Source: Squalus acanthias
Taxonomy: Eukaryota
Length of the DNA: 64,000 bases
Reading direction: 5' to 3'
NCBI GenBank assembly: GCA_030390025.1
Contig: CM059431.1
Location: 148,740,001-148,804,000, forward strand
A model generated the notes under the pieces. That model did no database searches. It had not been told where the DNA came from and saw only the letters and a program-made list of their open reading frames with translations. A program made the translations under genes and the position numbers. Numbering within the stretch: position 1 is the stretch's first letter; the number at the start of each line of letters is the position of its first letter. This document shows positions 48,735 to 62,239 of the stretch, in pieces.

Positions 48735-50432
48735 GCAGCCGAGGGGCAGAGCTGAGGGAGCGCTGAACTGCCGGGAGGCGGGGGCAGTACTGAAGAAGCG
48801 CTTCACAGTCGGAGGGACGGTACTAAGGGAGCACTGCAATGTCGGAGGGGCGGTAATGAGAGACTGCTGCATTCTCGGAGGGTCCGTACTGAGGGAGCGC
48901 TGCACTGTTGGAGGGCAGTACTGAGGAAACGCTGCACTGTCAGAGGGGCAGTACCGAGTAAGCGCTGCACTGTCGGAGTTGCAGTATTGAGCGAGCGCTG
49001 CACTGTCAGAGGGGCAATACCGAGGGATCGCTGCACTGTCGGAGGATCAGTACTGAGGAACACTGCACTGTCAGAGGAGCAGTACCGAGGGAGCGCTGCA
49101 CTGTCGGAAGGGCAGTACTGAGGGAGTGCTTCACTGTCGGAGGGGATGTACTGAGGGGAGCTGCACTGTCAGAGGGGCAGTACTGAATGAGCGCTGTTCT
49201 GTCGGAGGACAGTACATAGGGAGTGCCGCACTGTCGAATGGGAAGTACTGATTAAGCGCTGCACTGTCTGATGGGCAGCACAGACGGAGCGCTGCCATGT
49301 TGGAAGAGCATTATTGAGGGAACGATGCATTTTCGGAGCGACAGTACTGATGGAGCGCTGCACTGTCAGAGGGGCAGTACTGAGGGAGCACTGCACTGTG
49401 TGAGGGCGGTACTAAGGGAACGCTACACTGTCAGTGTGGCAGTTCTGAGGGAGTGCAGCTTTGTCGAAGCAGTAGTACTGAAGGAGCGCTGCACTGCCGG
49501 AAGTGCGGTACAGAGGGAGCGCTGCACTGTTTGAGCTGCGGTACTGATGGAGTGCTGCACTGTCGGAGGGACAGTACTAATGGAGCGTTGCACTGTCAGA
49601 GGGGCAGTATTGTGAGAGCACTGTACTGTCGAAGGATCAGTACTGAGGGAGTGCTGCACTGTCGGAGGGGTGTTTCTGAGTGAGTGCTGCACTGTCGGAG
49701 GATCTGTACTAACGTAGCGCTGCACTGTCAGAGGGACAGAATTGAGGGAGCATTGCACTGTCGGAGTGTCAGTACTGAGGGAGCGCTGCACTGTCAGAGT
49801 GGCAGTACTGAGGGAGCGTGGCACTGACGAAGCGTTAGTCCTGAAGGAGCGCTGCACTGCCGGAAGTGCGGTACGGAGGGAGAGCTGCACTGTCGGAGGG
49901 AAAGTACTAACAGATTGCTGCACTGTCAGAGGGGCACAATTGAGGGAGCACAGCACTGTCGGAGGGTCAGTACTGAGGGAGCACTGCACTGTCGGAGGGG
50001 CGGTACTGAGGGAGTGCTGCTCTGTTGGAAAATCAGTACTAACGGAGCGCTGCACTGTCAGAGGGGCAGATTTGTTGGAGCACTGCACTGTCGGAGGATC
50101 AGGACTGAGGGAGCGCAGCACTGTTGGAGAGGCAATACAGAACAAGTACTGTGCAGTAGAAGGAACACTACTGAGGGTGCACTGCACTGTCGGAGGGGAG
50201 TACTGAGGGAGCACCGCACTGTTGGGGGGGCAGTACTGAGGGAGCACTCCAGTGTCGGAGGGGCAGTACTGAGGGTGTGCTTCACTGTGGGAGGCGCAGT
50301 ACAGAGCGAGCGGTGCCCATTCGGAGGGCCTGTATTGAGGGAGCGCTCCTCTGTGGGAGTGGCAGTACTGCGGGAGCGCTGCACTGTCGGAGGGGTAGTA
50401 CTGAGGGAGTGCTGCAGTGTCGGAGGGCCAGT
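48735..50432. repeat. 33-bp minisatellite (ggggcagtactgagggagcgctgcactgtcgga)
   Basis: The exact 33-bp period produces 11-aa repeat ORFs (STAPPTVQRSL). It is the same unit as 44590-44860. Confidence 0.95.
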
Positions 50433-53065
50433 ATTTTTTAAAAATTCGTGGCTGGGATTTGTCGTCCCTGGAAAGTCCAGCAATTATGGCACAGCCATAA
50501 TTGCCCTCGCGAAGGCGGTGGGTTGCCGCCTTCTAAAAACGCTGCAGTCCATGTACTGAAGGTATTCCCACAGTGCTGTTGAGAGGGATTTCCAGGATTT
50601 TGACCCAGTGACGAAAAAGGATCGGCGTCATATTTCTAAATCAGTATCGTGTGTGACTTGGAGGTGAACTTGGTGATGGTGCTGATCTCATGCGCCTGCT
50701 GCCCTTGTCCTACGAGCTAGCATACGTCGCCTGTTTGTGAGGTGCTTCCGAAGAAGACTTGGCGAGGTGCTGCAGTGCATCTTGTAGATGGCACACACTG
50801 TAGCCACGGTTAGCCGGTGCTGGAGGGAGTGAATGTTTAAGGTGGTTGCTTGGGTGACAACCAAGCGGGCTGCTTTGTCTCTGATGGTGTCGTGTTTCTT
50901 GAGTGTTGTTGGAGCTGCACTCAACTAGGCAATTGGAGAGTATTCCATCACACTCCTTACTTGTGCCTTGTAAATGTTGGAATGGGTTTGGTGATACAGG
51001 AGGTGAGACACTCGGCGCAGAATACCTAACCTCTGACCTGCTCTTGTTGCCACAGTATTTATGTGGCTGATCCAGTTAAGTTTCTTGTCAATGGTGACCC
51101 CCAATTGTTGATGGTGGGGGATTCGGTGATGGTAACGCAGTTGAATGTCAAGGAGCGGTGGTTAGACTCTCGCTTGTTGGAGATACTCATTCCCTGGCAC
51201 TTCTGTGGCGCGAATGTTACCTGCCACTTATCAGTCCAAGCCTGAACGTAGTCCAGGTCTTGTTGCATGCGGGCATGGACTGAATCATTATCTGAGGATT
51301 TGTGAATGGAAGGAACACTGTGCAGTCATCAGCGAACATTCCCATTTCTCATCTTATGTTGGAGGAAGATCATTGATGAAGCAGCTGAAGATGGTTGGGC
51401 CTAGGACACTGCCCTGAGGAACTCTTGCAGCGAAGTCCTGGGACTGTGATGACTGACCTTCAATCACCACAATCATCTTACATTGTACTAGGTGTGACTC
51501 CAGCCAGTGGAGCGTTTTCCCCCTGATTCCCAATGAATTCAATTTTACTAGGGCTCCTTGATGCCAGACTCTGTCAAATGCTGCCTTGATGTGAAGGTCA
51601 GTCACTCTCACCTCACCTCTGGAATGCAGCGACTTTGTCCATGTTTGGACCAAGGCTGTAATGTGTTCTGGAGCCAACTGGTCTTGGCGGAACCCAAATG
51701 GGGCATCAGTGTGCAGGTTATTGGTGAGTAAGTGCCGCTTGATAGCACTGTCGATGACACCTTCCTTCAGTTTTCTGAAGATTGAGAGTGGAGTGATGGT
51801 GCGGTCATTGGCCGGGTTGGATTTGACCTGCTTTTTGTGGACAGGACATAACTGGGTAGTTTTCCACAATGTCGGATAGATGCCAGTTTGTTGTAGCCGA
51901 AATGGAACAGCTTGGATAGAGGCGCGGCTAATTGTGGAGCACAAGTCTTCAGCACGACATTCGGGATGTTATTGCTGCCCATAGCCTTTGCTGTATCCAG
52001 TGCGCTCAGTCGTTTATTGATGTCACGTGGAGTGAATCGAATTGGCTGTAGACTGGTTTCTGTGATGGTGGGGACTCAGGAGTTGGTCGATATGCATCAT
52101 CCACTCTGCACTTCTGGCCGAAGACGGTTGGTATTACTTCAGCCTTGCCTTTTGTACTCACACATTGGGCTCCACCTTCATTGAGGATGCGGATATTCAT
52201 GCAGCCAACAACTCCCGTTATTTTTTTAATGGTCCACCACCATTCACCACTGCATATGGCAGGACTGCAGAGCTTTTATCTGATCCGTTGATTGTGGGAT
52301 CGTTTCTCCCTGTCCACAGCATGCTGTTTCCGCTTTTTAGCATGCATATATTCCTGTGTTTCAGCTTCACCAGGTTGGCACCTCATTTTTAGGTACGCCT
52401 GGTGATGCACCCAGCATGCTCGGCTACACTCCATATTGAACTAGGATTGGTCCCCTGGCTTGATGGTAATGGTAGACTGAGAGATATGTCGGGCCATATG
52501 TTTACAGATTATGGTGGAATACAATTCTGCTGCTGCTGATGTCCCATAGTGCCTCATGGATGCCCAGTTTTGCAATGCTAGATCTGTTCTGAATCTATCC
52601 CATTTAGCAAAGTGGTAGAGCTACACAACACGATGGAGGGTGTCCTCAGTGGGAGGACGCGACTTCGTCTCCACAATGACTGTGCGATAGTTGCATCCAG
52701 CAAGGTTGCCATGGACAGATGCATCTGCGACAGGTAGATTGGTGAGGACGGGGAGAAGTAAATAATTGCCTAATGTTGGTTCTCTGACCTCCTGTCGCAG
52801 GCCCAGATTGCTATGTCCTTCAGGATTCGGCCAGCTCGGTCAGCAGTGGAGCTACCAAGCCACTCCTAGTGATGGACATTGAAGTCCACCACCCAGAGTT
52901 CATTCTGTGCCCTTGCTACTCTCACAGATTCTTCCTAGTGTTGTTCACTATGGAGGAGTAATAATTCATCAGCTGAGAGAGGCCGGTATGTGGAAATCAG
53001 CAGAAGGATTCCTTGCCCATTCTTGACCTGAAGCTATGAGTCTTCTTGGGGTTTGGAGTCAATGT
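50433..53065 (-). mobile_element. Second CR1-clade LINE family, long decayed ORF2 (endonuclease to RT to 3' end)
   Basis: PVHKKQVKSNPAN, IKAAFDRVWHQG, VPQGSVLGPTIFSCFINDLP and WQVTFAPQKCQ, with many frameshifts. Confidence 0.93.
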
Positions 53066-53069
53066 TGCT

Positions 53070-54106
53070 TGCCCTTCGCTGGGAGTGTTTGAAGTGGGAG
53101 TGTAGAGAGCGACTTACTCTGTATCTAACCTGAGCTGTACCTGCCCTGCGAGTGTTTGATGGAGCAGTTTGGAGGGAGCTTTACTCTGTATCTGAACCGT
53201 GCTGTACCTGCCCATGGACTTTTTGATGGGACAGTGTAGAGGCAGCTTTCCTCTGTATCTAATCATGCTCTACCTGCTTTGGGAGTGTTAGATGGGTCAG
53301 TGTACAAGGAGCATTCCTCTCTATCTAACTCATGCTGTACCTATACTGGGAGTGATTGATGGGACAGTGCAGAGGAAGCTTTACTCTGCGTTTCACCAGT
53401 GCTGCACGTGCCCTGGGAGTGTTTGATGTAACAGTACAGAGCGAGATTTACTCTGTATCTAACCTGTGCTATCCGTGCCCTGGGCGTGTTTGATCGGACA
53501 ATGTGGAGGAAGCCTTACTCTTTATCTAACCATTGCTTTACATGCTCTGGGAGTGCTTGATGGGACAGTGTGGAGTGATCTTTACTCCGTATCTAACCCG
53601 TGCTGTATTAACCCTGGTAGTTTTTGATGGGGCAGGTTCGAGGGAGCTTTACTCTGTATCTAACCCGTGCTGTAACTGCCCTGGGAGTGTTTGATGGGGC
53701 AGTGTAGAGGGAGCTTCACTCTGTATCTAACCCTTGCTGTACCTGCCCTGGGAGTGCTTGTTGGGAGAGTGTACAGGGAGCTTTGCTCTATATCTAACCA
53801 GTGCTGTACGTGCCCTGTGCGAGTTTGATGGTACAATGTCGAGGAAGCTTTACACTTTATCTAACCATTGAGTTGCATGCCCTGTGACAGTTAGATGGGA
53901 CAGTGTGAAAGGAGATTTAGTCTATATCAAACCCGTGCTGTGCCTGCCCTGGGAGTGTTAGATGGGAAAGCGTAGAGGGAGCTTAACTCTGTATCTAACC
54001 AGTGCTGTACGTGCGCTGGGAGTGATTGACGGGACAGTGCAGTGGGAGCTTTACTCTGTATCGTTGCGCGCTGTACCTTCCCTGGAACTGTTTGATTTGA
54101 CAGTGT
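53070..54106. repeat. 67-bp satellite (gtagagggagctttactctgtatctaacccgtgctgtacctgccctgggagtgtttgatgggacagt)
   Basis: Period 67 (53641 to 53708). It continues at 55070-55368 and 59636-59850, split by LINE insertions. Confidence 0.93.
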
Positions 54107-55068
54107 ATTTTTTTACTCGTTTCTTTATGGGATGTGGGCGTAGCTGGCAAGGCCGCATTTATTGCCCATCTCTAATTGCCCTTGAGAAGGTAGTTGTGAT
54201 ACGCCTTCTTGAACCGTTGCAGTCCGTGTCGTGAATTTACTCCCACAGTGCTGTTAGGTAGGCAGTTCCAGGATTTTGACCCAGCGACGATGAAGGATCG
54301 GAGATATGCTTCTAAGTCAGCATGGTATGTGACTTGGAGGGGAACTTGGAGGTGGTGTTCCCATGCGCTTGCTGCCCTTGTCCTGCTAGTTGGAACAGGT
54401 CGCGGGTTTGGGAGGTGCTGCCGAAGATGCATTGGCGAGTTGCTGCAATGCATCTTGGAGATGGTATACAGTGCAACCATGGTACGCCAGTAGTGGAGGG
54501 AGTGAATGTTTAAGGTGGTGGATGGGGTGCCAATCAAGCAGGCTGCTTTGTCCTGTATTGTTTCGAGCTTCTTGAGTGTTGTTGGAGCTGCACTCATCCA
54601 GGCAAGTGGAACGTATTCCATCACACTCCTTACTTGTGCCTTGTAGATGGTGGAAAGGCTTTGGGGAGTCAGGACGTGAGACACTCGCAGCAGAATAACT
54701 AGCCTCTGACCTGCTCTTGTTGCTAAAATATTTATGTGGCTGGTCCAATTAAGTTTCTGATCAATGGTGCCCCCCAGGATGTTGATGTTGTGGGATTCAG
54801 CGATAGTAATGGCATTGAATGTCAAGGGGCGGTAGTTAGACTCTCGTTGTTGGAGATAGTCATTGTCTGGCACTTCTGTGGCGCGAATGTTACCTGCCAC
54901 TTATCATCCCAAGCCTGAACGTCGTCCAGGTCTTGTTGCATGCTGGCATGAAATGCTTCATTATCTGAGCAGCTGTGAATGGCACTGAAACCAGTGCAGT
55001 CATCAGCGAACATCCCCATTTCTGAACTTATGTTGGAGGGAGGTTCATTGATGAAGCAGCTGAAGATG
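54107..55068 (-). mobile_element. Second CR1-clade LINE family, 3' fragment
   Basis: MFADDCT..., STIYKAQVRSVMEYVPLAWMSAAPTTLKKL, KSWNCLPNSTVG, and an A-rich 3' tail at 54107. Confidence 0.93.
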
Positions 55069-55368
55069 TTGCCCTGGGCGTGCTTGATGGGGAGAGTAAA
55101 GGGAGATTTACTCTGTACCTAATCTCTGCTATACATATCGTGGGAGTGTTTGATGGGAATAGTGCAGGGGGAAACTTAACTCTGTATTTCACCAGAGCAG
55201 GACGTGCCCTGGGATTGCTTGAAGTGACTGTTTAGAGGCAGCTTTACTCTGTATCTAACGCGTTCTGCACAAGCCCTGGGATTATCTGATGGTACATTGT
55301 AGAGGGAGGTTCAGGCTGTATCGAACCAGTGCTGTACCTGATTTCGGAGGCTTAATGAAACAGTGTAG

Positions 55369-58300
55369 AATCATTGAATCATAGAAGATAAGAGCAGGAG
55401 TAGGCCATTCGGCCCCTCTAGCCTGCACCGCCATTATATGCGATCAGGGCTGATCATCCAAATTAAGTATCCTGTACCTGCTTTCTCCACATATCCCTTG
55501 ATCCCTTTAGCCTTAAGGAATATATCCAACTCCTTCTTGAATCTATTTAACGAATTGGCCTCTACTGCCTTTTGTGGCAGAGAATTCCACAGGTTCACCA
55601 CTTTCTGGGTGAAGAAATTCCTCCTCATTTCTGTCCTAAATGGCTTTCCCCTTATCCTTAGACTGTGACCCCTGGTTCTGGACTCCCCGACCATCGGGAA
55701 CGTCCTTCATGCATCTAGTTTTTCCTGTCCTCTCAGAATTTTATAAGTTTCAATGAAATCCCCTCTCATACTTCTAAACTCCAGCGAGTATAAGCCCAAA
55801 CGACCCAATCTCTCTTCAAACGTCATGCCTGCCATCCCAGGTATCAGCCTTGTGAATCTTCGCTGAACTCCGTCCATGGCAAGAATATCCTTCCTCAGAT
55901 AAGTCGACCAAAACTGCACACAGTACTCAAGGTGTGGTCTCATCAAGGCCCTGTACAACTGCAGCAAGACATCCCTGTTCCTGTACTCGAACCCTCTCGC
56001 TATGAAGGCCAACATACCATTTGCCTTCTTTACCGTCTGCTGCACCTGCATGCTTACCTTCAGCGACTGGTGCACAAGGACAACCAGGTCTCGTTGCACT
56101 TCCCCTTCTCCCAATCTATTGCCATTCAAATAATAATCTGCCTTTCTGTTTTTGACACCAAAGTGTATTACCTCGCATTTATCCACGTTATATTGCATCT
56201 GCCACGCTTCTGCCCAATCACCCAACTTGTTCAAATCATCCTGGAGTTTCTCGGCATCCTCCTTGCAGCACACACGCCCACCCAGTTTTCTGTCGTCTGC
56301 AAAGTTGGAGATATTACATCTAGTTCCCTTGTCTAGATCATTAATATATATTGTGAATAGCTGGGATCCAAGGACCGATCCCTCCGGTACCCCTCTAGTC
56401 ACTGCCTGCACTCGGAGAAAAGACCCGTTTATTCCAACTCTTTGCTTTCTGTCTGCCAACCAGTTCCCTATCCAAGTCAATAACTTGCCCCCAATCCCAT
56501 GTGCCTTAACTTTACACGCTAATCTCTTATGCGGGACCTTATCCAAAGCCTTTTGGAAGTCCAAATACACCACATCCACTGGTTCTCCCTTATCTATTTC
56601 ACCAGTTACATCCTCAAAAAATTGCAGTAGATTAGTCAAGCATGATTTACCTTTTGTAAATCCATGTTGACTTTCTCTGATTCTGTCACTGTTTTCCAAG
56701 TGCTCAGCTATTACATCTTTTAGAATGGACTCTAGCATTTTCCCCACTACCGATGTCAGACTTACCAGTCTGTAATTCCCCGTTTTCTCTCTACCACCCT
56801 TTTTTGAATTGTTGGGTAACATTAGCTACCCTCCAATCCATGGGAACTGCTCCAGATTCCATCGAATGTTGGAAGATGATCAGCAATGCATCTACTATTT
56901 CTAGGGCCACTTCCTTTAGTACCCTAGGATGTAGATTATCAGGCCCTGGGGACTTATCGGCCTTCAATCCCTTCAATTTCCCTAACACCATTTGCCTACA
57001 AATACTGATTTCTTTCAGTTCCTCCCTTTCATCAGACCCTATGTTCCCCAACATCTCTGGGATATTATTTGTGTCCTCCTTTGCGAAGACAGAATCAAAA
57101 TATCTATTTCAATGGGCTGACATTTCTTTGTTCCCCATTATAAGTTCCACTGATTCTGACTGCAAGGGACCTATGCTTGATTTCACTAATCTTTTTCTCT
57201 TCACATATCTATAAAAGCTTTTACACTCAGTTTTCATGTTCCCTGCAAGCATACTCTCGTATTCTCTTTTCCCTTCTTAATTAATCCCTTTGTCCTCCTT
57301 TGTTGAATCTTAAAATGCTCCCTATCCTCAGGGTTACAGCTTTTTCTGGCCAATTTATATGCCCTCTCCTTGGATTTTATGCTATCCCTAATTTCCCTTA
57401 TTAGCCACGGTTGTTTCACCCTTTTTGTTTTATTCTTATGCCAAACTGGGATGAACAAATTCTGTAGTTCGTCCATGTGGTCTTTCAATGTTTGTCCATT
57501 GCCTATCCACCGTAAACCCTTTGAGTGACATTCCCGAATCAATCCTACCCAACTCGCACCTCATACCATCGTAGTTTCCTTTATTTAAATGCAGGACCCT
57601 AGTCTCTGAGTCAACTACTTCACTCTCCATCCTAAAGAAGAATTATATCATATTCTGATCGCTCCGACCCAAGGGGCCTCGCACAACAAGATTGCTAATT
57701 AATCCTTTCTCATTGCATAATACCCAGTCTAAGATGGCCTGATCTCTGGTTGGTTCCTCGGCATATTGTTCCAGGAAACCATCCCGTAAACACTCCAGGA
57801 TTTCCTCCTCCATAGTATTGTTACTAATTTGGTTAGCCCAATCTATATGTAGATTAAAGTCACCCATGAAGACTGCTGTGCCCTTATTGCACGCTTCTCT
57901 ATTTTCCCTTTTAATGCCATCCCAACCTCCGCATTACTGTTTGGAGGTCTATATATCACTCCCACTAACGTTTTCTGCCCTCTTGTAATATCTCAGTTCA
58001 AACCATACAGATTCCACATCATCAGAGCTAATATCCTTCCTTTCAGTTGTGTTAATCCCTCTCTTCAACCAGCAAAGCAACCCCACCTCCCTTTCCTTTT
58101 TGCCTATTGTTCGTGAATATTGAGTACCCCTGGATGTTGAGTTCTCAGTCTTGGCCAGCCTGGAGCCATGTTTCGGTAATCCCAATCAAATTATATTCGT
58201 TTACCTATATATGCGCAGCTAATTCATCCACCACGTTCCGAATGATCCTTGCATTAAGACACAAAGCCTTCAGGCTTGTTTTTTTTACAGCTCTTAGATC

Positions 58301-59635
58301 TATTAGAATTAGTATTTACTGTGGCCATGTTTGATTTAAACCGTTGTTTTCACTGACTGCCACTTTTGTTTTTCTCCTACCTATCTTTTGCTTTTATCCT
58401 AGTTTCCCTTTCCTCTGTCTCCTGCTCAGGTTCCCATCCCCCTGCCATTTTAGTTTAAACCCTCCCCAGAGCACTAGCAAACACTCCCCCTAGGACATCG
58501 GTCCCGGCCCTGCCCAGGTGCAGACCGTGCGGTTTGTACTGGTCCCACCTCCCCCAGAACCGGTTCCAATGCCCGAGGAATTTGAATCCCTCCCCCTTGC
58601 ACCATTCCTCTAGCCACGTATTCATTTGAAATATCCTTCTATTTCTACTCTGACTAGCACGTGGCACTTGTAGCAATCCTGAGATTACTACCTTTGAGGT
58701 CCTATTTTTTAATTTACCTCCTAACTCCCTATATTCTGCTTTTAGGACCTCATCCCGTTTTTTACCTATATCGTTGGTACCTATATGCACCACAACAACT
58801 GGCTGTTCACTCTCCCCTTCCAAAATGCTCTGTAGCCGCTCTGAGTCATCCTTGACCTTTGCACCTGTGAGGCAACATACCATCCTGGAGTCTCGTTTGC
58901 GGCTGCAGAAACGCCTATCTATTCCCCTTTAAAATTGAATCCCCTATCACGATAGCTCTCCACTTATTTTACTCCCATCCAGTGCAGCAGAAACACCTAT
59001 GGTGCTAGGAAGTTGGCTGCTGCTGTCTTCCCCTGATAAGCCATCTCCATCAACAATATCCAAAGCGGTATATCTGTTTGAGAGGGGGATGGTCACAGGG
59101 GACCCCTGCACTACCGGTCTGCGCCTATTACTCTGCCTGGTGGTCACCCATTCCCTTCCTGCCTGTGCACCCTTTACCTGCGGTGTGACCAACTCCCGAA
59201 ACGTGCTATCCACGATGTCCTCAGCATCGCGAATGTTCCAGTATGCATCCATCCGCAGCTCCAGCGCCGCAATGCATTCTGTCAGTAGCTGCAGCTGGTA
59301 TACCTCCTGCACACATGGTTGTCAGGGACACAGGAAGTGTCCCTGATTTCCCACATAGCGCAGGAAGAGCATGTCACAGCACCGAGCTGTCCTGCCATGA
59401 CTTAACCTTTAATTAATTAATGAAATAAAATTAAACTAAAATTAAATGGATCCCACCAATTACACTGGAATTAAGTCATATACTCAAGGACCCTTGCTTA
59501 ACAGTAGTCCCCGCTGCAGAAAGAGATCGTGGAAAATTGAGAAAGAAAACACTCACCAACCAATCACTTACCTGCTTTTAGGTGACGTCACACTACGAAT
59601 ACTTTTTGCTTCCCTCCCCCGGAACCGGGATTTGT
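55369..59635 (-). mobile_element. Near full-length CR1 LINE (ORF1 zinc-knuckle/leucine zipper plus SGNH esterase; ORF2 APE plus RT), inactivated
   Basis: ORF1 begins at ATG 59398 (MAGQLGAVTCSSCAMWE..., IPLSNRY, VVVHIGTNDIG, GLHL). ORF2 contains MGDFN, SDQN, KSPGPDNLHPRVLKE, SCLTNLL, FADD and NLWNSLPQ. The frames are broken. The element is inserted in the 67-bp satellite. Confidence 0.96.
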
Positions 59636-59851
59636 AAGAGGGAGCTTTAATCTGTATCTAACCCATTCTGTACCTACCCTGGGAATGTTGTTGGGACAGT
59701 GTAACGGGAGGTTTATTCTCTATCTAACTCATGCTCGTGGCATTGTTTGGTGGGACAGTGCAGAGGAAGCTATATTCTGTGTTTCAACAGAGCAGCATGT
59801 GCCCTGGACGTGTTTGATGGTACAGTGTAGAGGGAGCTTTACTCTGTATCT

Positions 59852-61790
59852 CTGACATATCCCATACCATTCAGAGTAACACTCTCTGACATACCCCACA
59901 CCAATCACTGTAACACTATAAAAAAACACACACCCTTAACATGATGTTTTGTCCCACACCACTCTCTGTGACACACTCTGACATACCGCACTCACCTCAC
60001 TGTAAGACTTTGATATACGCGAGACCCCTCACTGTTACATTCAGATATACCACACACTCCCCTCTGAAACACTCTGTTATACCCCACACCACACACTGTA
60101 ACACACTGATATACCCCTCACCTATCACTGTAACACACTGATATACCCCACAACACACACTGTAACACTCTGATATACACCACAACACTCACTGTAACAC
60201 TCTGATATACCCCACACCCCTTAAAGTAACACTATGATATATCCAGTACCCTCACTGTAACATTCAGTTACATGCCATACCCCAGAAGCACTCGTATATA
60301 CCCTACACCACTCACTTCGACATGCTGATATACACACCCAACACTATATATCTCTGATTTCCCACAGTGCTTCACTGTAAACATCTGATATACAGCACAC
60401 CATTCACTGTAAAACTTTAAATATAGCCCACACCTGTCACTCTCACTCTCTTATATTCCACATACCCCTCAGTGTCGCAATCTGATATACCCCACACCCC
60501 TCACTAAAACAATCTGAAATCCAAAGAAACATAGAAAAATAGGAGAAGCAGTAGGCCATTCGGCCATTTGAACCTGTTCCACCATTCAATATGATCATGG
60601 CTGATCCTTTATCTCAATACCATATTCCTGCTATCTACCCATACACCCGACACCACTCACTGTAACAATCTGACATATGCCACATACTGGGCTGTTACTC
60701 CCCACACCACTCACTGTAATACTGATATATCTCGTACCTCTCACTGTAGAACACTCTGATATATTCCACCCACTTCACTGTAAAACACTCTGATATACTC
60801 CACAACCAACACTGTAACACTCTGAAACACACCACACTGAAACACTCTGAAATATCCCACACAACTGACTGTAAAATTCTGATGTAGCCCACACCACTCA
60901 ATGTAACAATCTGATATACACCACACCACTAAGTGGAACACTCTGATATAACCCACAACCCAGTAACACTCTGACATACCCCACACCACTCAGTGTAACA
61001 CTCTGATAAACCCCACACACCTCTTGGTAACACTCTGATATCCCCCACACAGCTACGTGTAACAGTCTGATGTACCGGCACCTCTCACTGTAACACACAC
61101 TGATATACCCCACACCACTCATGGTAACACTCTGATATCCCCCACACCGCCTACTGTAACAGTCTGATATAATGGCACACCGCACTGTAACACGCTCTGA
61201 TAAACCCAACACCGCTCACTGTAACACTCTGATATATTCATCCCCCTCACTGTAACACACTCTGATATCCACTACACCGCTCACTGTAACACTTTGTTAT
61301 ACTCTTCCCCCCTCACTGTAACACAACCTGATATTACCCACACCACTCACTGTAACCCTCTGATATACCCCCACATCCCTCGCTGTAACAGTCTGATATG
61401 CCCCACAACCCTCGCTGTAACTGTCTGATATACCCCACACAATTCACTGTAACAGAATGATATAACCCACACCCATCACTGTAAAACACTGATACACTAC
61501 ACCATCTCAATGTAACACACTCCGATATACCCCATAACACTCACTGTAACACTCTGATATAACCCACAACCCTCACTGTAACACTCTGATATACCGCACA
61601 CCCCTCACTTTAACAGTCTGATATACCCCACACAGCTCCCTGTAACACCCTGATATACCCCACAACCCACAATGTAACACTCTGCTTTACCTCACACAAT
61701 TCACGGTAACACTCTGATACATGCCACACTCTGGATGGGTACACAGCACACCACTCAGTGTAATACTGATATACCTCGTACCACTCACTG
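59852..61790. repeat. ~32-bp minisatellite (acaccactcactgtaacactctgatatacccc)
   Basis: Direct tandem periodicity with a strongly C/A-rich + strand. Confidence 0.93.
60525..60645 (-). mobile_element. CR1 3'-end fragment within the 32-bp array
   Basis: aaacatagaaaaataggag...gtaggccattcggcc...ccattcaatatgatcatggctgatc, as at 38360. Confidence 0.85.
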
Positions 61791-61791
61791 C

Positions 61792-61935
61792 TGCCACTTC
61801 CAAATTAATACCATGGGCGTCAATATTGGTAATATGTGACACTTTATCAAGCACCTTTTCAACGTATAGGGAAATTGTGAAAGTGTGAGTAATATCAATC
61901 ATAAAATCATAGAATTGGTGACCCAAGTTGTGTTG
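61792..61935 (-). mobile_element. Old LINE RT fragment
   Basis: ISLYVEKVLDKVSH...AHGI corresponds to a degenerate D.xKAFDKVxH...AHGI motif. Confidence 0.55.
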
Positions 61936-62029
61936 ACAATTTGTTTAGCGGAACATGACTCCCCACTCTGACCACATACCTCGCCTGGTTTCAATCAGTG
62001 ATTTTCAAAATCAGTGATTTTATTCCCAT

Positions 62030-62237
62030 TTTATTATTTATATTTATTTGTTCTCAGGATATAGGTGACGCTGTCAAGGCCGGTATTACTTGCCAATTCC
62101 CAGTTACCCATGATAAAATGGTGGGCCTTCATCTTGAACCGCTGCTGTCGGTGTGGTGAAGGTGCTCCCACAATACTATTACGGAAGGAATTTCAGGCTT
62201 TTGACCCAATGACGATGAAGGAACGGCGATATATTTG
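62030..62237 (-). mobile_element. 3' fragment of the second CR1-clade family
   Basis: Similar to 54110-54310 (cttgaaccgctgc...ttttgaccca..gacgatgaaggaacggcgatata). Confidence 0.8.
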
Positions 62238-62239
62238 AA

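Noticed and set aside
49423..50559. Long ORFs of 274 and 214 aa
   Set aside because: They are translations of the 33-bp satellite, which is open in several frames on both strands.
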